From contig JAYTOU010000013.1 of the NCBI GenBank assembly GCA_043747615.1, forward strand, positions 1 to 33,427: 33,427 nt of DNA, read 5' to 3'. A program made the position numbers and the translations under genes. This DNA is from Myxococcales bacterium. GTDB taxonomy: Bacteria > Myxococcota_A > Polyangia > Polyangiales > Polyangiaceae. Under the pieces are notes generated by a model. It was given only the letters and a program-made list of their open reading frames with translations. It was not told the DNA's origin and made no database searches. Below are positions 28,621 to 33,427 of the stretch, piece by piece; the first letter of the stretch is position 1; each line of letters starts with the position of its first letter.

Positions 28621-30124
28621 TCGGGAACATTTCGTGGAGGCGTTCGAGCTCCTCGGGAGCGAGTGCTAACTGGGTCGGATGTCCCGCGAGGATTCCGGTG
28701 ACATTGCGAAAAGCTTTTCCGAGATGCATGCCTGCTCCATCGATGTTGAACTCACGGATCTCTTTGTCGTGCGCCGAGCCACGCATCTTCAGCACTGTGA
28801 GCGCGCGCCGCATCTCGCCGTAGACTTCCACGTAGCGGAGCAAAATGATCGAATCGCAGATCGACGAGATGTGCGCTTCGGTGACGGACATTCCGCCGAG
28901 AAGCGGGGTCGTCGAGGTGAAGAGCCCCGCCATCTCTTGGTCCTTCACGTAGGCCGTCAGGCTGATCACGAACTCGCGGAAGCTGCGCGTCGTCGAGTTG
29001 CGCTCCAGTGCCGAGAGGCTGTCGATCGCCACGCGGTTTGGTTTGAACTCCTCGATGATCTTTTTCATCCGAAGGAGGTGATTCTCGAGGGGCATGATCT
29101 CGGGGTAGTCGGTGATCACCTTGAGTTGGCCGTCTTTCTCGAGCTGTTCGAAGTCGAAGCCCCAGCCCGCAGCGTTGCGGAAGAATTGCTGGCGGCTCTC
29201 CTCGAAACAGAAGGCGAGACAGCGTTCGCCCCGGGCGATGCCGCCGGCCGTGAAGGCGGTGACCGTGAGGGTCTTGCCAGTGCCGGTCGCTCCGGAGACG
29301 AGGATGATCGAGTCCCGGAAGAAGCCCCCGCCGCACATCGCGTCGAGCTCGGCGCTGCCGGAGGTGATGCGGAGATTGGTCGATTTCTGGCGCAGCTTGA
29401 TCGATGAAAGCGGGATGACGACGATCCCTTCGTCACTCACGACGAACGGATACTCACCCTTCTGGTGGTCGGTGCCGCGGTACTTGAGGATCTCGATCGT
29501 GCGCCGTCGCTTCTCCTCGTCGAGGGAATTGCGGAGCAGGACGACGTTGTCGGCCACGAACTCTTCGATGCCGTGGCGGGAGATCGCGCCATAGTCTTCG
29601 GTTCGCTCCGAAGTCACGATCGCGGTGACGTCGAGCTGCTTCAACGCGGCGCTGATCCGATAGAGCTCCCTCCGGACAGCGGCAGCATCTTTGAACTGCG
29701 CGAACATCGCACCGATCGAATCGAGGACCACCCGCTTGGCACCGATCCTTCGGATGCACGCCTCGATGCGAGCGACGAGGGCCGCGAAGTCGAACGGGCC
29801 TGCCTCGATGCGCTCTTCGTCGGGCCTCGGTGACGCGTCGACGAACGCGAATCGCTTTTCCTCTTCAAGACGCGCGCAGTTCCAGCCGAGGCTGAGCATG
29901 TTGCGCCGGAGATCGGCCGGGGTCTCTTCGAAGGTGACGAAGACGCCGTTCTCGCCGGCCTCCACTCCGTTGACGAGGAACTGCATGGCGAAGACGGTCT
30001 TTGCGCTTCCCGCCGTTCCGGCGATGAGGGTCGATCTGCCTTTCGGCACGCCGCCGAAGCCGATGATGTCGAAGCCGGTCATGCCGGTCGAAAGCTTTTC
30101 CATGGTGCGCCGCGCGTCATTCAT
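28613..30124 (-). CDS. kaiC: Circadian clock protein KaiC (KaiC3-like, double domain, 503 aa)
   Basis: CI Walker A GTAGSAKT, TFEE, EEFVADNV, KYRGTDH; CII GATGTGKT, FEES, DSLSAL, KMRGSAHDK. Start ATG 30124 (AGAAGGA RBS, overlaps the kaiB stop), not 30403. Confidence 0.96.
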   Translation of the reverse strand: MNDARRTMEKLSTGMTGFDIIGFGGVPKGRSTLIAGTAGSAKTVFAMQFLVNGVEAGENGVFVTFEETPADLRRNMLSLGWNCARLEEEKRFAFVDASPRPDEERIEAGPFDFAALVARIEACIRRIGAKRVVLDSIGAMFAQFKDAAAVRRELYRISAALKQLDVTAIVTSERTEDYGAISRHGIEEFVADNVVLLRNSLDEEKRRRTIEILKYRGTDHQKGEYPFVVSDEGIVVIPLSSIKLRQKSTNLRITSGSAELDAMCGGGFFRDSIILVSGATGTGKTLTVTAFTAGGIARGERCLAFCFEESRQQFFRNAAGWGFDFEQLEKDGQLKVITDYPEIMPLENHLLRMKKIIEEFKPNRVAIDSLSALERNSTTRSFREFVISLTAYVKDQEMAGLFTSTTPLLGGMSVTEAHISSICDSIILLRYVEVYGEMRRALTVLKMRGSAHDKEIREFNIDGAGMHLGKAFRNVTGILAGHPTQLALAPEELERLHEMFPNE

Positions 30125-30434
30125 CTGATGTGTCCCGTTCCTTCTGAGTATCGCTGTCGCCTTCCAAACCAAGTCCGTACAGGAGCGCATCGCGCATCGA
30201 GAGATCGCCGACGACCATCCGGACGGGAAGCGGCGCCCTTCGCACCAGCGCCGGCGTGGCGACAATGTTGGCGGCCTCTGCCGCGTCGGCATCCTCGAGG
30301 ACATCGGTGACACGGAGCTCGTAGCGGCCGGCGAGCCGCGCGTCGCACAGAAGCCGGAGGTTGCGCTCTGCCAGCTGTGCCTTCGCCGATTCGCCCACGA
30401 CAAAGAGCTCGAGCTCGTATTTCGTAGCCACCAT
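30117..30434 (-). CDS. kaiB: Circadian clock protein KaiB
   Basis: YELELFVVG, YELRVTDVLE, IVATPALVRRAPLPVRMVVGDLS; AGGAG RBS. Confidence 0.94.
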   Translation of the reverse strand: MVATKYELELFVVGESAKAQLAERNLRLLCDARLAGRYELRVTDVLEDADAAEAANIVATPALVRRAPLPVRMVVGDLSMRDALLYGLGLEGDSDTQKERDTSDE

Positions 30435-30443
30435 TTCGCTCTC

Positions 30444-32408
30444 CTAAGCCTTCCGAGTTTGGCCGCGGGATCGCCGTCGATAGAAGCTTGCGAGATTTCC
30501 CATGAGCTCGAGCGCGAGGAGCCGCCCTTCGGCGAGCAACGCCTGCGTCTTCGAAGCTGTCACTCCGCGCACGGCTTGCCGCAGAGCGCGCGCATGTACA
30601 TCAGTGACCTCTCTCGGGCCCGCCCCGAGATCGCCCAGGCGCTCGCCGAGCAGCCGAAGATCCTCGGCGAGCCCCGCCCCTTGCCCACGGTACGCTCGTC
30701 GGTTCAGCGCCATGTCGAGGAGGATGCCGTAGCGGTGGACGATGTCCGAATACTCGAGCGGCACGCGCTCACGCAGCGGAGCCGCGCCGAAGAGTTGGGC
30801 GGTGACGCTCGTCGTGAGCGGTGCTGCCATGCGCTCGAAAGCGGCCGACTCTTCGTCACGCGCGAGATCCTGCTTTGGGCGCGTCACTTCCGGGGGCTGC
30901 CGCGGCAGCCGCAGCGTGAAGACCACCATGCCGCGTGCGTTTGATTCGACCTCGAGCTCGCCACCGTGGGCGAGCGCGATCTGGCGCGCCACATAGAGAC
31001 CGAGCCCGAGTCCCTTCGATTTACCGAGCTTCTGGAGCGTGCCGCGAAACGGGTTGAAGACGACCGGCATGAGCTGCGCAGGGATCGCCCCTCGATTTTC
31101 GACGGAGACGCTCACCCGATCCGGATCGTTTCCGTTGATGACGATAGCGATCACCCCGGACGCGTCTCCGTGCTGAAGGCCGTTGCCGACGAGATTCGAA
31201 AGAATCTGGGAGAGTCGATCCCGATCCCAGCAGCCGACCGTTGTCCCGTGGCTGGTGAGCTGGAGGACCGAGGTCGAGCTCGTGGCCCTAGCCTCCTCGA
31301 CGACGTCGCCGGCGAGCGTCGCCAGGTCCATCTCTTCGCGGCCGAGCGGTATTCCCTCACCAATTCGGGCGCGGGTGAAATCGAGCAGCTGGTCGATCAT
31401 CCGACCCATGCGCTCGCCGCTCGAGACGACGCGGGAAAGAATGCGCGCTGATTTCTCGTCCGTGAGCTCGTTACTGAGGAGGTTTGCGCCGCCGAGGATC
31501 GCGCCGAGCGGGTTGCGAAGATCGTGGCTCAGAATCCCAACGAACATCTCGCTGATGTGAACGGCGCGTGACAGCTCCTCTACCACGCGTGCGTGCTCTT
31601 CTTCGGTTCGCTTGCGTTCGGTGATCTCGTGCACGATCCCGAGAAGGCGAGGGGAGCGGGCCTTGCTCTGGTGCGCGTCTGCCGCGATGGCAATCCACCG
31701 GCAAGCAGCGCCATCGAGCGGTGCGGTCCTGCAATCGTCGACGTAGGGCTGACCTGACCCGAGCGCATTCGCGATGCCATCGCGCACGCGCAACCGGTCT
31801 TCGGTGTGCAGGTTCGCGGTCAGGGTATCGACCGAATCGGGCTGGCTGTAGACGCCAAACAGCTCGCACGACCGCGAGTCCGCGGCCACGATTCCGGTGA
31901 CCGGATCGAGCTCCCACGAGCCAACCAGGGTGACGTCGGTCGCGAGCCGAAGGCGCTTGCGGAGGCGCTCGCTCTCGTCGGTATCCAGCGCGAGACTGTG
32001 GGCAATCGCCGAGTCGATCACGCGATGAAGGCTGTCGCGCGTGAACTCGTCGACCGACGGGGGTTGGAGTTGACCGATGGTCTCCGTGAGCAGCGCCAGC
32101 TCGGCGATCGCCCTCGCTGCGCTGAAGCTCTCGTCTGTGGGAAGATCGTTTGCCGCTTCACCGTTTCGCGCGTGCTCCTCGAGCGAGCTGGCGAGCCACT
32201 CAAGCACCCGGGCGCCGTTGTTTGCGAGAGAGGGCGCATCGGACGCGGGAAGACTCTGAATCCGATGCTTCCAGCCAGCGAGGATCGCGCCTCCGTCCGC
32301 TCGAACGAATTGCGCCAGCTCGTGGTGCGACGAGAGTCCCGTCACTCGGTCACTGAATTCGTCTTCGAGCGAGAGCTTCGGCGGAGCATGTACACGGTTC
32401 TGGTGCAA
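30444..32408 (-). CDS. Soluble PAS histidine kinase with C-terminal KaiA/KaiA3-like domain
   Basis: N-terminal helical (RsbRD_N-like) region, PAS (GSWELD...LHTEDR...WI...GIVHEITERK), H-box SHDLRNPL, NLVGNG, GLGLGL, then about 140 aa ending EGRLLALELMGNLASFYRR. The TTG start is uncertain. Confidence 0.88.
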   Translation of the reverse strand: MHQNRVHAPPKLSLEDEFSDRVTGLSSHHELAQFVRADGGAILAGWKHRIQSLPASDAPSLANNGARVLEWLASSLEEHARNGEAANDLPTDESFSAARAIAELALLTETIGQLQPPSVDEFTRDSLHRVIDSAIAHSLALDTDESERLRKRLRLATDVTLVGSWELDPVTGIVAADSRSCELFGVYSQPDSVDTLTANLHTEDRLRVRDGIANALGSGQPYVDDCRTAPLDGAACRWIAIAADAHQSKARSPRLLGIVHEITERKRTEEEHARVVEELSRAVHISEMFVGILSHDLRNPLGAILGGANLLSNELTDEKSARILSRVVSSGERMGRMIDQLLDFTRARIGEGIPLGREEMDLATLAGDVVEEARATSSTSVLQLTSHGTTVGCWDRDRLSQILSNLVGNGLQHGDASGVIAIVINGNDPDRVSVSVENRGAIPAQLMPVVFNPFRGTLQKLGKSKGLGLGLYVARQIALAHGGELEVESNARGMVVFTLRLPRQPPEVTRPKQDLARDEESAAFERMAAPLTTSVTAQLFGAAPLRERVPLEYSDIVHRYGILLDMALNRRAYRGQGAGLAEDLRLLGERLGDLGAGPREVTDVHARALRQAVRGVTASKTQALLAEGRLLALELMGNLASFYRRRSRGQTRKA

Positions 32409-32577
32409 GGTTAGGGCCGCAACCGAAACCTCGCAGAACCGGCGGTTCCGGGCGGCGCTCCGTCCGCATGAACGCCCCAGGCGCCCTTTCGCCCCACGCG
32501 GAGCGCGCGCTCAACTGAGGCAAGCAACGCGAGGTCCGGCTCGCTCGAGGCGTGCCGTGAACCTCAGCGGCCTCGGC

Positions 32578-33427
32578 TCATTTCTTCGGGAGTGCGCGCT
32601 CGATGATCGCGCAGAGCTCCTGCCTGCGACGCGTGATCGTCTCTTCGTGAAACAGCTCTCGGGCACCACGCAAGCCGACGAACACTCGGCCATCGACGGT
32701 GCCCATGGCGATTGCGAGATCGTTTCGGGCGCCTGAACGCCCCTGAATCGGTCCGCTCGTGATCGTCAGATCACCGACGCTCGTCGACGCTCCCTCGGAG
32801 CTCCCGCCGATCACCGGCACGTTCAGTACCACGCGGCAAAGCGGGTGATCGAAGACGTGCGGTGTGTCGAAGACGCGCACGGCCGGCGCTGCCTCCTGCG
32901 AATGCGCGTCGAGCACGGCGTTTCGTGCGCGGTCAACGAGCTCGGAGAACGAGGGATCGCCAGCAGTTGAGATCCGGATGGGGATCCAGTTGCCGAAGCG
33001 ACCGACGAGACGTTCGAAATCGACGTAAACGTTCCGAAGATTGATCGACGTGATGAACGTGATGTCGTCGCTTCCGGACCACCGCGAGAGCAGGGACGCG
33101 GTGAGCGCCACGAAGATCGTGAACGGAGAGACCTTCATCGACTGCGCGTACGCCTCGAGTCGCCCCGATGTCTCGGCGTCGAGCGTGAACCAATCGTCTA
33201 TCGCTTCCGGCGAGACGGGACCCGTTCGCGCGTGATCGGCGAGCTCGAGCGGTCTCGCGCCGTCGAGCCGTTTTCTTACCGTGAGCACCTCGTCGCGGCC
33301 GTGCTCCTCGAACCAGGTTCGTTCCCACGCCGTAAAGTCGGCGTACCCGATCTCGGGCTCATGGGGCGACGGTGAACCTTCCGAGATCGAACGAAAGTGG
33401 TCGATGATCTGTCCGCTGATCATCTGG
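32578..33427 (-). CDS. NRPS-type condensation domain protein, 5'-truncated by the window edge
   Basis: YADFTAWER, PFTIFVALTASLLSRWSGSDDI, LVGRFGNWIPIR, DPSFSELV..R..VLDAH; the frame is open to the window end. Confidence 0.8.
   Translation of the reverse strand, partial: QMISGQIIDHFRSISEGSPSPHEPEIGYADFTAWERTWFEEHGRDEVLTVRKRLDGARPLELADHARTGPVSPEAIDDWFTLDAETSGRLEAYAQSMKVSPFTIFVALTASLLSRWSGSDDITFITSINLRNVYVDFERLVGRFGNWIPIRISTAGDPSFSELVDRARNAVLDAHSQEAAPAVRVFDTPHVFDHPLCRVVLNVPVIGGSSEGASTSVGDLTITSGPIQGRSGARNDLAIAMGTVDGRVFVGLRGARELFHEETITRRRQELCAIIERALPKK

Noticed and set aside
30125..30403. Apparent 93-aa N-terminal extension of KaiC
   Set aside because: It overlaps kaiB in another frame; the RBS and homology support a start at 30124.

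Overview
High-GC bacterial chromosomal window with a myxobacterial (Polyangiaceae-like) look: many Cys-rich lipoproteins with 'DAG/DSG' linkers, c-type cytochrome lipoproteins and sigma54-type promoters. The taxonomy is inferred, not proven. Housekeeping genes are rplU-rpmA, a Cof-type HAD hydrolase, a GH57 branching enzyme, feoAB, recD2, marC and groES-groEL with a perfect CIRCE and a terminator. The standout is a tightly coupled four-gene Kai operon on the minus strand (32408->27856). It encodes (1) a PAS histidine kinase ending in a KaiA/KaiA3-like domain, (2) KaiB, (3) a KaiC3-type double-domain KaiC with SS rather than ST phosphosites, and (4) a receiver domain fused to a second KaiB domain. 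This looks like a candidate KaiABC-type timer wired into its own two-component pair. A second notable locus is a divergent promoter pair, each with a Fur-type box, linking feoAB to an operon for an outer-membrane barrel-like protein, a monoheme cytochrome c lipoprotein and an orphan histidine kinase. Homology calls come from motif recognition and memory of the families; no database search was run.
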